From: Vulcanimicrobiota bacterium
GTDB taxonomy: Bacteria; Vulcanimicrobiota; Xenobia; Xenobiales; JADMJV01
DNA: 64,000 nucleotides
Reading direction: 5' to 3'
NCBI GenBank assembly: GCA_050250895.1
Contig: JBFWNU010000001.1
Span: 1,774,884-1,838,883 of the forward strand
The notes below the pieces were generated by a model. The model had not been told where the DNA came from. It worked only from the letters and a program-made list of their open reading frames with translations, and did not search any database. Below are positions 31,401-41,219 of this stretch, in pieces; position 1 is the first letter of the stretch; each line of letters starts with the position of its first letter. The position numbers and the translations under genes are program-made.

Positions 31401-32051
31401 GCGCAACACGGCCGTCTCGTCCTGGCGCTCGACCAGCTCGGCCCGCACTACGATCTCTCCTTGTTTGGTGAACTTCACCGCGTTACCGACCAGGTTCAGA
31501 ATCACCTGGCGTAAACGAACGGGATCGGCCACGATGCCGTCGGGCACGTTAGTGTCGACATGGCAGGAAAGCTCCAGGCCCTTCTCGTGAGCCTGGATGG
31601 CCACCGCCTTGAGAGCTGCATCGAGCAAGTCGCGAAGGTTCAGGGGAACGGGGTCAAAGTCGAGCGCTCCGGCCTCGATCTTCGAGAAGTCGAGCACATC
31701 GTTGATGACATCGAGCAACGCGTCGGCCGAGACGTGGACTGAATTGAGGTACTCTCGCTGAATGGGAGAGAGGTCGGTCTCGAGGGCCAAGCGGGTCATG
31801 CCGATGATGCCGTTCATCGGCGTTCGAATCTCATGGCTCATGTTAGCCAGAAACTGGCTCTTGGCCCGGCTGGCCTCGAGAGCCTGATCCCGGGCTTCCT
31901 CCAATTCTCTGGTGCGTTCGGTCACCCGAGCCTCGAGATTCAGATTGGCCTCGTAAAGCAGGCGAGTTTTTTCCTCGGCCAGGGCTTCGGCCTGTTTGCG
32001 TGCCGCCCGTTCGCGTTCAAATCGCCGGTTGAGGCGTTCGACATCGCTCAT
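28470..32051 (-). CDS. Cytoplasmic hybrid histidine kinase: HisKA-HATPase-REC-REC-HPt-REC-HisKA-HATPase-HPt(degenerate)
   Basis: [28 protein letters not shown]; REC Asp in LSDAHMP, LMDVQMP and LMDVLMP; AHSLKG; [23 protein letters not shown]. Confidence 0.92.
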   Translation of the reverse strand: MSDVERLNRRFERERAARKQAEALAEEKTRLLYEANLNLEARVTERTRELEEARDQALEASRAKSQFLANMSHEIRTPMNGIIGMTRLALETDLSPIQREYLNSVHVSADALLDVINDVLDFSKIEAGALDFDPVPLNLRDLLDAALKAVAIQAHEKGLELSCHVDTNVPDGIVADPVRLRQVILNLVGNAVKFTKQGEIVVRAELVERQDETAVLRFSVSDTGIGIPPDKQESIFQAFSQADSSMTRLYGGTGLGLTICTRLVGMMGGQIWVESHPGEGSVFRFTGVFGLHDELDELHPLQADLRGLRVLVIDDNATNRRLLQEMLTHWGMIVTLAEGGRQALDAVARTNELGEPFQLVLSDAHMPEMDGFETVEEYNKMTAASRAVVMMLTSSSLKGDAERCRSLGITAHLTKPINQSELFNVILKAIGLQMQQQKPAPARSEEAAQARLRSLDILLAEDNEINQRLATMLLERQGHRVSVASHGREAVSMAESRNYDVILMDVQMPHMDGIEASTVIRAWETEKHRPKTPIIALTAHAMKGDRERCLAAGMDDYLTKPIDEASLLRALRELLPDELLAPEPKAAPRRQTGQMLSVEALIERVGSQENLRILADMFAERYPGQLAELRQALSEGKADIVRSTAHSLKGNFLNFGAKEAAEVASRLEQAGKAATLTGLEPVLESLSEQCRLVEQALGQASGRPTSDLPLAVLEAEPATVLVVDDDPGNRLIACSALRPDGHILLEASHGEEALDMVGRHPIDVILMDVLMPRMDGFATCRVLKGQPATRQIPVLLVTALDEQSDRLVGIEAGADDFITKPIDPREVALRVRNAARSKKLYDQLQQSFEQLQRLEELRDSLAHMLVHDMRTPLTGIMGFARLLRETHREGLNQTQLNFIEQIAALSNLLVEMVSAILDTSRLESDELPLEMEECDLVELARNEARIIGGLPGWEVRLEAPQPVVVACDGNLIRRVMANLISNALKYTPADQAVRVRLARLPGRARVEVIDCGPGVPADMRETIFEKFAQVETGKKRRAYSSGLGLTFCKLVLEKHEGRIGVDSQEGRGSTFWFELPSGEVVIDEVVDRETLMARVGGNLDNLKLLVGIYRGSRDPQLAAIESGLAEGRPDAVARGVSTLRGSLATFSASTVEQCLDRLAEQARAGQLEPAEGERLKQELERLDQALDALLAGG

Positions 32052-32587
32052 GCCCGAGTCAGCTCGAATCTCGAGGAAGTGTTGTCTTCATCAAGGTTGT
32101 GGCGCGCAATCTGTATGTTTTCGCTAAAGTGATCCACACAGCCCTTGATCAGACCCTCAGCCAGATCGGCGAAAGGGCGACTGGATTTGTAGGTCATGAT
32201 CAACTTATCGGGGGCCGGGCGTTCGATAGCAAACGAAGGCAGTTCGGCGTCGGGATAGAGCTTTCGAACTTCGACGTGAATGTAGTCTTCTACCCGATTG
32301 AGAACGTCGAACGAACTGGTAGCTCCCTCAAAAAAAGTCGGGTAGGCCACTGCAAATCTACCCATCAGGTGGTGACCGAACACCTTGAGCAGGTCGGGCA
32401 CCGGGGTGCTCGAGATTTCGCTGAGCTTGACCACCATGCGCACCATCTCCTGGTGGTCGTAGGTGCCGAGCGAAGTGTAGACGCCACCCGACTCGAGCTC
32501 ACACTCGTCGAGGATCTGGTCGGCCGTGTCGGCCCCCATCTTCTCCTCAACCATTTCTAAGAATTCTGTGAATACGATGCCTTTCAT
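32048..32587 (-). CDS. H-NOX (heme NO-binding) domain protein
   Basis: MKGIVF, proximal His in [15 protein letters not shown], YxSxR (YKSSR); ATGA coupling to the kinase. Confidence 0.92.
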   Translation of the reverse strand: MKGIVFTEFLEMVEEKMGADTADQILDECELESGGVYTSLGTYDHQEMVRMVVKLSEISSTPVPDLLKVFGHHLMGRFAVAYPTFFEGATSSFDVLNRVEDYIHVEVRKLYPDAELPSFAIERPAPDKLIMTYKSSRPFADLAEGLIKGCVDHFSENIQIARHNLDEDNTSSRFELTRA

Positions 32588-32706
32588 GTCCCCTCCAAAT
32601 TCCGGGATGCCCCCAGCGCTTTGGAATTTAGACGTTGATTCACTGACTCCCCCTCAGAAACGAGCGCGAGAGGGAGTGAGGGCTGCTCCCACGAAAAGAT
32701 CCGGGC

Positions 32707-33261
32707 ATGGCGAGTCATGGGTGGGGTTACTCGACAGCCCTCGCAGTTGTGGGCCTTTGTTGTCTTCTCCTTGGCGTTCTGGTGGCAGCGGGCCCAGATT
32801 ATCTCTTCGTTCTCTTTCGACAACCCGTCCCTCAAGCCCGTCCCGTCACGGTCGGGTGTAAGTCGAACTTGAAAAATGTGGGCACGGCCCTGGAAATGTA
32901 CGAGAGCGATTTCAAGGTATACCCCGACCGGCTCACATTGCTGACACCAAACTATCTAAAGACGATTCCCACTTGCCCTGCCGCCAGCAGGGATACCTAT
33001 TCGGCTAGCGCCGAAATGGCGCCGGAGCATTACACGGTGATGTGTGCCGGCCGTAACCATCCCGGCTATCGGGTCTTAGGCCTGGAGGAGAATTATCCCC
33101 GCTGCACCGATGTCGGGGGGCTGACGGTAGCCACGGAGGCGCATGAACAAGCCCTTCGCTTGGCTGAGCGACGGGCAAAGCTCAAGGCCATGGGCCTCGG
33201 CTTGGGCGCCGTATTACTCGGGTTGGCTTTGCTAGGCCAGCCCGGGGTTAGACGTTCCTAA
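32707..33261 (+). CDS. Membrane protein with pseudopilin/GspG-like soluble domain
   Basis: N- and C-terminal hydrophobic segments; CKSNLKNVGTALEMY...YP..L..LTPNYLKTIPTCP. Confidence 0.65.
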   Translation: MASHGWGYSTALAVVGLCCLLLGVLVAAGPDYLFVLFRQPVPQARPVTVGCKSNLKNVGTALEMYESDFKVYPDRLTLLTPNYLKTIPTCPAASRDTYSASAEMAPEHYTVMCAGRNHPGYRVLGLEENYPRCTDVGGLTVATEAHEQALRLAERRAKLKAMGLGLGAVLLGLALLGQPGVRRS

Positions 33262-33388
33262 CGCTGGCGGAGGCTCGTGGCTGCGAGCGCGCAACGGGCT
33301 TTTCCCGTTCAGCCTCGGGACCGAACTTTCCCGACCGGGCACCCCCTCGGGGCTAGGTGGTGACGACCCAGCGTTGAATCATAGCTGG

Positions 33389-33964
33389 GTGACGCACTTG
33401 AAGAACCGGGGCTTGGCGCCCTTATTCATAGGGCTGGCGATCGTCGCCCTTTTGCTGGTTGCCCTCTTGGGCGTGACGGTCATTAGCTGGATCAGCTATT
33501 CCAATGGCGAGATTGCGCTGCGCAAACAGGTCGAGGCCCAGCAGAAGCAGTGCGAAATCGTCTTCGACCAGACCTGGAAGACCATCAGCCAGCAGGCCCA
33601 GATCGCAGACCGCCACAAAGAGGCCTTTCGAGAGATTTTCGTCGGCATGACCGAAGCCCGGTATGAACAGTCCAGGGGTCAATTGATGTCGATGATTCAA
33701 GAGTCCAACCCGAAATTTGACGCCTCGCTGTTCGAGAAGTTGATGAACACCGTCGAAGCCCAGAGAGCCAACTTCGCTCGCGAGCAGAAGAAACTGATCT
33801 CGCTAGCCCAAGAGCACGAAGCCATGCTAGAGAAGTTTCCGGGCAGCTTGATTCTGGCCAATCGCAAGCCTGTCGACATTAGATTGGTGACCTCTTCGCA
33901 CACCCAGGAAGCATTCGACACAGGCAAGGACGACGACGTCGAACTCTTTCCTGAAAAGAAATAA
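33389..33964 (+). CDS. LemA-like membrane-anchored helical protein
   Basis: N-terminal TM, SYSN, coiled coil, NPKFD, R.NF...Q, FPGSLI; start 33374 or 33389. Confidence 0.6.
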   Translation: MTHLKNRGLAPLFIGLAIVALLLVALLGVTVISWISYSNGEIALRKQVEAQQKQCEIVFDQTWKTISQQAQIADRHKEAFREIFVGMTEARYEQSRGQLMSMIQESNPKFDASLFEKLMNTVEAQRANFAREQKKLISLAQEHEAMLEKFPGSLILANRKPVDIRLVTSSHTQEAFDTGKDDDVELFPEKK

Positions 33965-33966
33965 GC

Positions 33967-35097
33967 GTGTTTTTCGTCTGGCTTGCGCTGCTTTGGCCCG
34001 TGTTGTTCGCGGCGCTGGGCCTGCTCTTTAGCAAGCGGCTGACCATTGCCGAGTGGGCGGGTCTGGTGGGCTTACCGATCCTCCTGCTGGTGCTCAGCCA
34101 GCGACTGCTCCACAGCCACCTGGTGCGGGACCTCGAGTATTGGGGAGGCTTCGTGAGGGTGGCCGAGTACTACGAGCCCTGGAATGAAAGGGTGAGTTGT
34201 AGCCACACCATCGAGTGCCGACACCTCGACGAGGATGGCGAACCGATTCACACCGACGACGGCAAAGAGCACGCCTATGATGTCGACGACCACCCGGCTT
34301 ATTGGGAGATCATCGACTCAAACAACCTCACGGTCACGATCGATCGTTACACCTACGAGCGTTTGGCACGTAAGTTCGGCCCGGGAAAATTCGTCGACCT
34401 GCATCGAGACTACCACAACCTCGACGGGGATAAGTACGTCATCACCGGTAGCGCCGAGCCCGACCAGCTGGAAGCAGTCACAACCGAGCACAGCTACGAG
34501 AATCGTATTCTCGCCTCTCGCAGTGTCTATCGTTACGAAGAGGTGGAGCCAGCCGACTACGGGCTGTTCGACTATCCCAAGATCACGGGGTTCTATCAGT
34601 GCCCCGCCCTGCTCGGGGTCGAGGACCGTCAGGCCAGCCGTGCCCTCGATAGCTGGAATGCCCGGCTGGGCCCTCCCAAACAGCTGCGTTTGATGGTGCT
34701 GGTGTTCGTGGATAAGCCGCGGGAAGCGGCCCTGGAGCAAGAGGCCTACTGGCAGGGGGGGAACAAGAACGAGTTCGTCGTCTGTGTCGGGGTCGACGCT
34801 CAGCGGCGCCCGCAGTGGTCCCACGTCTTCAGCTGGACCGAAGTCGAAGAGCTCAAGCTCGAGGCCCGCGACCGGGTGATGCAACAGCCTGATGAGCCGC
34901 TCGACCTGGTGGCCCTGATCGATTGGCTGGGCCAGAACGTGGGCGAGAGGTTCGTGCGCAAATCGTTCTCGGATTTCGCGCATTTGGCCGTCGAGCCGCC
35001 CCTGTGGGCCATTCTCTTGATTCATGCGCTGCTCTTCGGTTTCTCTCTGGCCTGGTTGGCGTGGTCGGTCCTCAATCAATACAGCCCGCCCGAGTAG
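33967..35097 (+). CDS. Membrane protein with a TPM-like extracytoplasmic domain
   Basis: Two N-terminal TMs and one C-terminal TM; YWQGGNKNEFVVCVG, VFSWT, FVRKSFSDF. Confidence 0.6.
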   Translation: MFFVWLALLWPVLFAALGLLFSKRLTIAEWAGLVGLPILLLVLSQRLLHSHLVRDLEYWGGFVRVAEYYEPWNERVSCSHTIECRHLDEDGEPIHTDDGKEHAYDVDDHPAYWEIIDSNNLTVTIDRYTYERLARKFGPGKFVDLHRDYHNLDGDKYVITGSAEPDQLEAVTTEHSYENRILASRSVYRYEEVEPADYGLFDYPKITGFYQCPALLGVEDRQASRALDSWNARLGPPKQLRLMVLVFVDKPREAALEQEAYWQGGNKNEFVVCVGVDAQRRPQWSHVFSWTEVEELKLEARDRVMQQPDEPLDLVALIDWLGQNVGERFVRKSFSDFAHLAVEPPLWAILLIHALLFGFSLAWLAWSVLNQYSPPE

Positions 35098-35173
35098 GAT
35101 GCCCCTCGCTGGGATGCCCCGCACCTATCCCGAAGTCGGGAGGGCCACCCGAGGGCTCGTCAAACCCGAGAAG

Positions 35174-36022
35174 ATGACCCTTCTGTCCCGTCCCCCCGAC
35201 CCCAGCGACCCCAGTTTGGGACCCGTTCACGCCGTCGTGTCCCTGGTGGTGGAAGGGGCCTGCCCGGTGCTGCGCCAGACCGTCGAGACATTCCAGCAGC
35301 AGCACCCCGGGAGAGTCCGGGTCGTTTTCACCAGACCTCACCTTCGGTCTGCCCTCTATCTCAACAACCATCAGCTCGAAGCCGATCAGCTCGAAGAGCG
35401 AGCCAGGCTCTGGCTAGCCCCGGTCAGCCCCGATTGGACGGCCCTGTTTTCGGTCTCGCGGCGCGGCTTTCTGGGCGCCTCGGTGGGGGCAGGCCTGGCC
35501 TTGATGCTGCTCGGGGGCTTGAGTTCCCGTCCGGCCACTGCGGCCGAATCCCCGCTTGACGAAGCTCACCAATCCAAGATTCGCGTCAGGGTCAACGCCA
35601 AAGACCATGAATTGACCGTGGACAACCGCACCACCGTGTTGTCGATGCTGCGCAACCAGTTAGGTTTGCACGGCACCAAGCTCGGCTGCAACCACGGTCA
35701 ATGCGGTGCCTGCACGGTGTTGCTCGAGGGTCAGCGGGTCAACTCGTGTCTGTTGCTGGCCGTCCAGGCCAACGGTCGCACCCTGACCACCATCGAAGGG
35801 CTCTCGCAAGCGGGACTTCACCCCCTGCAAGAGGCCTTCATTCGCCATGATGGCTTTCAGTGTGGCTACTGCACTCCTGGGCAGATCTGTTCGGCGGTGG
35901 GACTGATGAATGAAGGCAGGGCACATACTCGCGCTCAGATTCGCGAAGCCATGAGTGGCAACATTTGCCGTTGCGGGGCCCATCAGGGGATTATCGATGC
36001 TATCAGCGAGGTCGTATCATGA
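35174..36022 (+). CDS. paoA: 2Fe-2S subunit of an aldehyde oxidoreductase (PaoA/YagT-like) with internal Tat motif
   Basis: SRRGFLG; GTKLGCNHGQCGAC, FQCGYC, GNICRC. Confidence 0.8.
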   Translation: MTLLSRPPDPSDPSLGPVHAVVSLVVEGACPVLRQTVETFQQQHPGRVRVVFTRPHLRSALYLNNHQLEADQLEERARLWLAPVSPDWTALFSVSRRGFLGASVGAGLALMLLGGLSSRPATAAESPLDEAHQSKIRVRVNAKDHELTVDNRTTVLSMLRNQLGLHGTKLGCNHGQCGACTVLLEGQRVNSCLLLAVQANGRTLTTIEGLSQAGLHPLQEAFIRHDGFQCGYCTPGQICSAVGLMNEGRAHTRAQIREAMSGNICRCGAHQGIIDAISEVVS

Positions 36023-37008
36023 ACCCCTTCGAGTATCAACGAGCTGAGGATGCAGCCTCGGCCGTGACGGCTGTGCGCGAACGCCAGGGGGCAACCTTTC
36101 TGGGCGGGGGAACGGCCCTGGTCGACTTGATGAAGGAGGGCGCCGAGTTGCCCACGAGGCTGGTCGACGTCAGTGCCCTTGGCTCACTCGAGGTCACCCG
36201 GGATGGAGAGCAATTGGTGCTGGGGGCGGCCGCGTCGAATACGGCGGTGGCCTATTCCGGGCTGGTCGAGCAACATTTTCCGGCCCTTTCTCAAGCCATT
36301 CTCTCGGGAGCTTCTCCGCAACTGCGCAATCGGGCCACGGTGGCCGGCAACCTGATGCAACGCACTCGCTGCCCCTACTTTCGCGGTAACGGTTTTGCCT
36401 GCAACAAGCGCAAGCCGGGCTCGGGGTGTGCCGCCCTGGAAGGCTACAATCGTTACCACGCCGTGCTGGGGGTCAGTCCCAGCTGCATCGCCGCCCATCC
36501 TTCTGATCTGTGTGTGGCCCTGATGTTAAGTCAAGCCAGACTCGCCGTCGAAGGGGTAGGCGGCTCCCGCCAGCTCGGCCTGGAAGAACTCTATCGGCTG
36601 CCGGGCAAGACTCCCTGGCTCGAGCACAACCTGGCCGACCACGACCTGATTCGCGAGGTGCGCTTTCGGGCCGAACCCCTGCTGCGCCATTCGATCTACC
36701 TCAAAGTGCGTGACCGAGCTTCTTACGCTTTCGCCCTCGTGTCGGTGGCCGCCGCCGCCAGCTTCGAGGGCGATACGCCCAGCCAGCTGCGAGTCGCTCT
36801 GGGTGGGGTCGGAGCCGTGCCATGGCGGGCCCGCCGCATCGAAGAGGGCCTGCTCGGCAAACCCCTCAGCCAGGCGGCGGTGGACGCGGCCGTGGCCGAA
36901 GAGTTCGCCTCGGCCAGCCTGCGAGAACACAACGCCTTCAAGTTCGCCCTGACCAAGCGGGCTGTCTGGCGGGCGCTCAGCCAGTTGCTCAAAGGAGCCC
37001 CGTCGTGA
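36019..37008 (+). CDS. paoB: FAD-binding subunit (PaoB/YagS-like) with 4Fe-4S insert
   Basis: LGGGTALVDLMK, ASPQLRNRATVAGN, RCPYF...CNKR...GC...CIAAHPSD, KVRDRASYAFA. Confidence 0.85.
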   Translation: MNPFEYQRAEDAASAVTAVRERQGATFLGGGTALVDLMKEGAELPTRLVDVSALGSLEVTRDGEQLVLGAAASNTAVAYSGLVEQHFPALSQAILSGASPQLRNRATVAGNLMQRTRCPYFRGNGFACNKRKPGSGCAALEGYNRYHAVLGVSPSCIAAHPSDLCVALMLSQARLAVEGVGGSRQLGLEELYRLPGKTPWLEHNLADHDLIREVRFRAEPLLRHSIYLKVRDRASYAFALVSVAAAASFEGDTPSQLRVALGGVGAVPWRARRIEEGLLGKPLSQAAVDAAVAEEFASASLREHNAFKFALTKRAVWRALSQLLKGAPS

Positions 37009-39140
37009 CGATGATCGGTAGCGACCCCGTCCGGGTTACCGGCCAGGCCAAGGTCACCGGACAGGCCCGTTATGTGGCCGAGTGTGCCCCTCCAGGTTGT
37101 CTGCACGGTCGCCTGGTGGAGGCGACCGTGGCCAGCGGAACCATCGCTAGCCTCGAGACCGGCGCCGCCCAGGCGGTGCCCGGGGTGAAGCTGGTGCTCA
37201 GCCACCACAACTTCCCCCGCCTCAGCCCTCCCAAGCAGAGCCTGGGCATGTGGGAAGAGATCTTGCCCCTGCAGGGCACCGAGATTCACTACGACGGGCA
37301 AGCGGTGGCCATGGTGGTGGCCACCAGCCCGGAAGCCGCCGACCTCGGGGCTCGCGAAGTGCGGGTTAAGTATCAGGCCAGCCCACCCGTCACCGACCTG
37401 ACCAAAGCCGACCTGCAAAAGGCCGAGAAGATGTTCAACCGGCCCATCAATCACAGCTCGGGCCAGGTGGACCCGGCCCTGGTTGGGGCCGCCTTCAAGG
37501 TCGACCAGGTCTACGAGACCCCGGTGACCTCGCACGCCCAGATGGAACTGATCGCCAGCCTGGCCGACTGGACCGACCAGGGACTCACCTTGCATCAGAC
37601 TACCCAGGCCGTCCAACGCACCCAGATGATGATGGCCGAGGTGCTGGGGTTATCGCCCGACAAGGTGCGGGTCCTGTGTCCGTTCGTGGGTGGGGCCTTC
37701 GGCATCAAAGGGTTTCTCGGCCCGGGGGCCTTTCTGGCGGCGGTGGCCTCCAAGCGCACCGGCCGGCCGGTGTTGCTCGAGATGTCGCGTCAGGCCCACT
37801 TCAGCAACGCTGGCCACCGGGGACGCACAGTCCAACGGGTGGTCGTGGGTGCCGACCAGCAGGGAAAACTGGTGGCCCTGCGCCATCAGACCGATACCGA
37901 GACCAGCTTTCGCGCTATGTTTATCGAGACGGCCGGGGCTCCCTCGCTCAAGCTTTATGGAGTGCCCAATCTCGAGGTGAGCCACCGGGTGGCCAGAGTG
38001 AACCGCACCACTCCCTGTCCGACCCGGGGGCCGGGCGAGACGCCAGGTACCTTCGCCCTCGAGTCGGCTATCGATGAGTTGGCTCACCAGGCCGGCATCG
38101 ACCCGGTCGAATTTCGCCTGCGCAACGACACGGCCACCGAGCCGGCTTCGGGCAAGCCTTATTCGACCCGAAACCTGGCCGAGTGCCTACGCACCGGTTC
38201 ACAGCGATTCGGTTGGGGCACCAAGCCCGACGTCGAGGGTTGGCTGGTGGGTCACGGAGTAGCCGCCGGGGTCTTTCCGGCTCATCGTCGACCCGCCAGT
38301 TGCCGGGTCGTGATGGCGGGACAGGGCGCGATCAAAGTGCAGGCGGCCACCCACGATCTGGGCACGGGGGCCTATACGGTGATGACCCAGGTGGCTAGCG
38401 AGTCGCTCGAGTTGCCTTTAGAATCGCTGGATTTTGAGCTGGGAGACTCGGCTTTGCCTGAGGCCCCGATTACGGGTGGTTCGTCGACCACCGCCTCGGT
38501 GGCGCCAGCCGTGCAAGCGGCCTGTCTGGCTGCCCGCCAGGAGCTGCTCGAGCGGGCTGCCAAGAAGTGGGGGGTTCAACCCGGCGAGCTGACCTATGCT
38601 CAGGGAACCATCCGCGGGGGGCCGGGTCAGCTCGGTTGGCGAGAGCTAGTCAAAGAGACTCCGCTGAGCGTCGAACGAGCCACCAACTCGGATCAGGACG
38701 ACAGATTCGCTTATTCCTCGTTCGGAGCCCACTTTCTCGAAGTGCTGGTTGACCCCGACCTGGGCATCGTGCGGGCTCACCGCCTGGTCAGCGTGTTCGA
38801 CATCGGCCAGGTGGTCAACCCGCGCACGGCCGCCAGCCAGATCTATGGCGGGGCCATCTATGGCCTGGGCATGGCGCTGATGGAAGAGATCAACTATGGT
38901 CCCGACGGACGCATCGCCACCCGCAACCTGGCCGACTATCACGTGCCGGTGCATCCTGACATTCCGGCCATGGAGGTGGTTTTCGTAGGCCAGCCCGATC
39001 TGGCTTTCAACCCCATTGGCTGTCGGGGGGCCGGCGAAATCGCCACTACCGGCATCGCCGCGGCCGTGGCCAATGCCGTCTTTAACGCCACCGGCAAGCG
39101 GATCCGCAGCCTGCCCGTCACCCTCGACAAGCTACTCTAG
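37005..39140 (+). CDS. paoC: Molybdopterin-binding subunit (PaoC/YagR-like, xanthine dehydrogenase family)
   Basis: KVTGQARY, VGGAFG, RGPGE, DLGTGAYT, GGSSTT, GAGEI, TGKRIRSLP. Confidence 0.85.
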   Translation: MTMIGSDPVRVTGQAKVTGQARYVAECAPPGCLHGRLVEATVASGTIASLETGAAQAVPGVKLVLSHHNFPRLSPPKQSLGMWEEILPLQGTEIHYDGQAVAMVVATSPEAADLGAREVRVKYQASPPVTDLTKADLQKAEKMFNRPINHSSGQVDPALVGAAFKVDQVYETPVTSHAQMELIASLADWTDQGLTLHQTTQAVQRTQMMMAEVLGLSPDKVRVLCPFVGGAFGIKGFLGPGAFLAAVASKRTGRPVLLEMSRQAHFSNAGHRGRTVQRVVVGADQQGKLVALRHQTDTETSFRAMFIETAGAPSLKLYGVPNLEVSHRVARVNRTTPCPTRGPGETPGTFALESAIDELAHQAGIDPVEFRLRNDTATEPASGKPYSTRNLAECLRTGSQRFGWGTKPDVEGWLVGHGVAAGVFPAHRRPASCRVVMAGQGAIKVQAATHDLGTGAYTVMTQVASESLELPLESLDFELGDSALPEAPITGGSSTTASVAPAVQAACLAARQELLERAAKKWGVQPGELTYAQGTIRGGPGQLGWRELVKETPLSVERATNSDQDDRFAYSSFGAHFLEVLVDPDLGIVRAHRLVSVFDIGQVVNPRTAASQIYGGAIYGLGMALMEEINYGPDGRIATRNLADYHVPVHPDIPAMEVVFVGQPDLAFNPIGCRGAGEIATTGIAAAVANAVFNATGKRIRSLPVTLDKLL

Positions 39141-40519
39141 CTCAAAACCATGCTCTGAGCCCGGTGCTGGCCCACCGAAAGCACCCTGACGGGAGCACCG
39201 GCCAGCTCTTCCACCCGGCGAACATAAGCCAGGGCCGCCGGGGGCAGGTCTTCGAGAGTGTCCACACCTTCCAACGAGCCGAAGCCTTCCATCTCTTCAT
39301 AGACGGGCTCGCAATCGTCGAGATGGTGGGCGCGGGCGGGAAAGCTCTGCAAGAACTTGCCCTGATAGCGATAGCCGGTGCAGATCTTCAGGCTGGGCAT
39401 GTGGCTGAGCACGTCGAGCTTGGTCAAAGCCAGGCCGTTGAGCCCCGACAGGCGCACGGCGTGGCGCACCGCCACCATGTCGAGCCAGCCGCAGCGGCGC
39501 GGACGGCCGGTAGTGGTGCCGTACTCGTGACCGGCCCGACGAATCCAGCTGCCCATCAAATAGTCGTCGCCACCGGCCGCCCGTTGTTTTTCGGCCTGGC
39601 TGAGTTCGGGCAGCGAGGTGCCCGGCTCGACGCTGTCTTTGGCCTTGATCTCCTCGTAGGTGCCCAGTTCGCCGGGAAACGGCCCTTCGCCGACCCGGGT
39701 GCCGTAGGCTTTGACCACACCCAGCCGCAGCTCGGGCAGCACGAAATTGCCGCTGCCCAGATGGCAACCGGCCATGCTCACCGACGACGAGGTCACGAAG
39801 GGATAGGTGCCCCAGTCGAGATCGAGCAGCGATCCCTGGGCGCCCTCATACATGAAGCCTTTGCCCTCACTGTTGAGGCGGGCGATCAGGTCGGCGGTGT
39901 CGGTGACCTTGTGGCGAAAGACCTCGGCGGCAGCGAAGGTTGCCTCGAGCACGGCTTCGAGGTCGATGGGCTCGAGTTCGTAGAGCCGGGTCAAGAGGCG
40001 ATTTTTCTCGGCGCCGACCTCGCGCAGGCGGGCGGCGAAGTGGTCGCGGTCGATCTGCCCGTGCTCATCGACCAGATCGCCCACCCGCAAGCCGCGCCGG
40101 CTGGCCCGGTCTTCGTAGCAGGGACCGATGCCGCGAGCGGTGGTGCCGATCTTACCGCCCAGATGGGCGTCCAGGCGCTTGTGCCACGGCATGACCAGGT
40201 GGGCCCGGTCGCTGATAAACAGGTTGTCGCAGCTGACTCCGCGCGAGCGCAGGCTGTTGATCTCTTCGACCAGAGACATCGGTTCGATCACCACCCCGGC
40301 GGCCACCACGTTGGTGACTTGAGGATGCAAGATGCCCGACGGGATCAAGTGCAAGGGATACTTGCCGTCGTCGAGCACGATGGTGTGGCCGGCGTTGGCT
40401 CCGCCGTTATAGCGCACCACCACGTCGATGTTGGCCCGCTCGACCAACAGGTCGACCACCTTGCCTTTGCCCTCGTCGCCAAACTGGGCACCTACTACTA
40501 AAAAGCTCTTGGCGTCCAT
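39137..40519 (-). CDS. purA: Adenylosuccinate synthetase
   Basis: GAQFGDEGKGK, GGANAGHT, IGTT.RGIGP, GTYPFVTSS, EYGTTTGRPRRCGW, TKLDVL. Confidence 0.97.
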   Translation of the reverse strand: MDAKSFLVVGAQFGDEGKGKVVDLLVERANIDVVVRYNGGANAGHTIVLDDGKYPLHLIPSGILHPQVTNVVAAGVVIEPMSLVEEINSLRSRGVSCDNLFISDRAHLVMPWHKRLDAHLGGKIGTTARGIGPCYEDRASRRGLRVGDLVDEHGQIDRDHFAARLREVGAEKNRLLTRLYELEPIDLEAVLEATFAAAEVFRHKVTDTADLIARLNSEGKGFMYEGAQGSLLDLDWGTYPFVTSSSVSMAGCHLGSGNFVLPELRLGVVKAYGTRVGEGPFPGELGTYEEIKAKDSVEPGTSLPELSQAEKQRAAGGDDYLMGSWIRRAGHEYGTTTGRPRRCGWLDMVAVRHAVRLSGLNGLALTKLDVLSHMPSLKICTGYRYQGKFLQSFPARAHHLDDCEPVYEEMEGFGSLEGVDTLEDLPPAALAYVRRVEELAGAPVRVLSVGQHRAQSMVLS

Positions 40520-40530
40520 CGTGTCTCCTC

Positions 40531-41217
40531 TCAGCGAGCCAGCTGCCGCAGCAGGGTCTCCATCCGCGCATGGGGGTCGCGGAAGTGTTCGACATAGTCT
40601 TCCATCGACAGGCCGATGACTTTGAGGGCCTCGGCCCGGCCATAGACTGCGTCGATGTCGACCTTGCGCACCTTGGTGGGGCTGGGCAGATCTTTGTAGC
40701 TCAAGAAATAGTGGACCAGACGATCGAGCAGCCCTTCGGGCAGCCCGGTCACGTCGGTAACCTCGCCAAATACGGCGTCGCCGTGCATGACGGCGATGAT
40801 CTTGTCGTCGGACTCGTTGGAATCGATCATGCGGATACCGCCGATGGGAGTGGCCGTCACCAGCAGGTCGCCGTGGGAGATGCTGCGCTCAGAGAGCACA
40901 CAGATGTCGATGGGGTCACCGTCGCCCTTGATGCCCTCGCGACCGCTCTGTTGCGAGCAATACTCACCGATGCGCGCGCCACAGTAGGTTCGAGGAATGA
41001 AGCCGTAGAGCGACGGGCACAGGCTCGAGAACTTCTGAGGTCGGTCGAGCTTGAGATAGCCAGACGGCTTGTCGATTTCGTATTTGACGGTGTCGGTGGG
41101 CACCTGCTCGATGAAAGCCGTGACCGTGGCCGGGGCCTCAGGACCCGGATTGACTCCGTGCCAGGGGTGGGGCTTGAAGAAGAGCCCCATCAGTTCGCGA
41201 AGTTCAGACTGCTCCAT
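40531..41217 (-). CDS. ppa: Family I inorganic pyrophosphatase
   Basis: HPWHG, KYEIDK, YGFIPRT, DGDPIDI, DDKII. Confidence 0.92.
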   Translation of the reverse strand: MEQSELRELMGLFFKPHPWHGVNPGPEAPATVTAFIEQVPTDTVKYEIDKPSGYLKLDRPQKFSSLCPSLYGFIPRTYCGARIGEYCSQQSGREGIKGDGDPIDICVLSERSISHGDLLVTATPIGGIRMIDSNESDDKIIAVMHGDAVFGEVTDVTGLPEGLLDRLVHYFLSYKDLPSPTKVRKVDIDAVYGRAEALKVIGLSMEDYVEHFRDPHARMETLLRQLAR

Positions 41218-41219
41218 GC

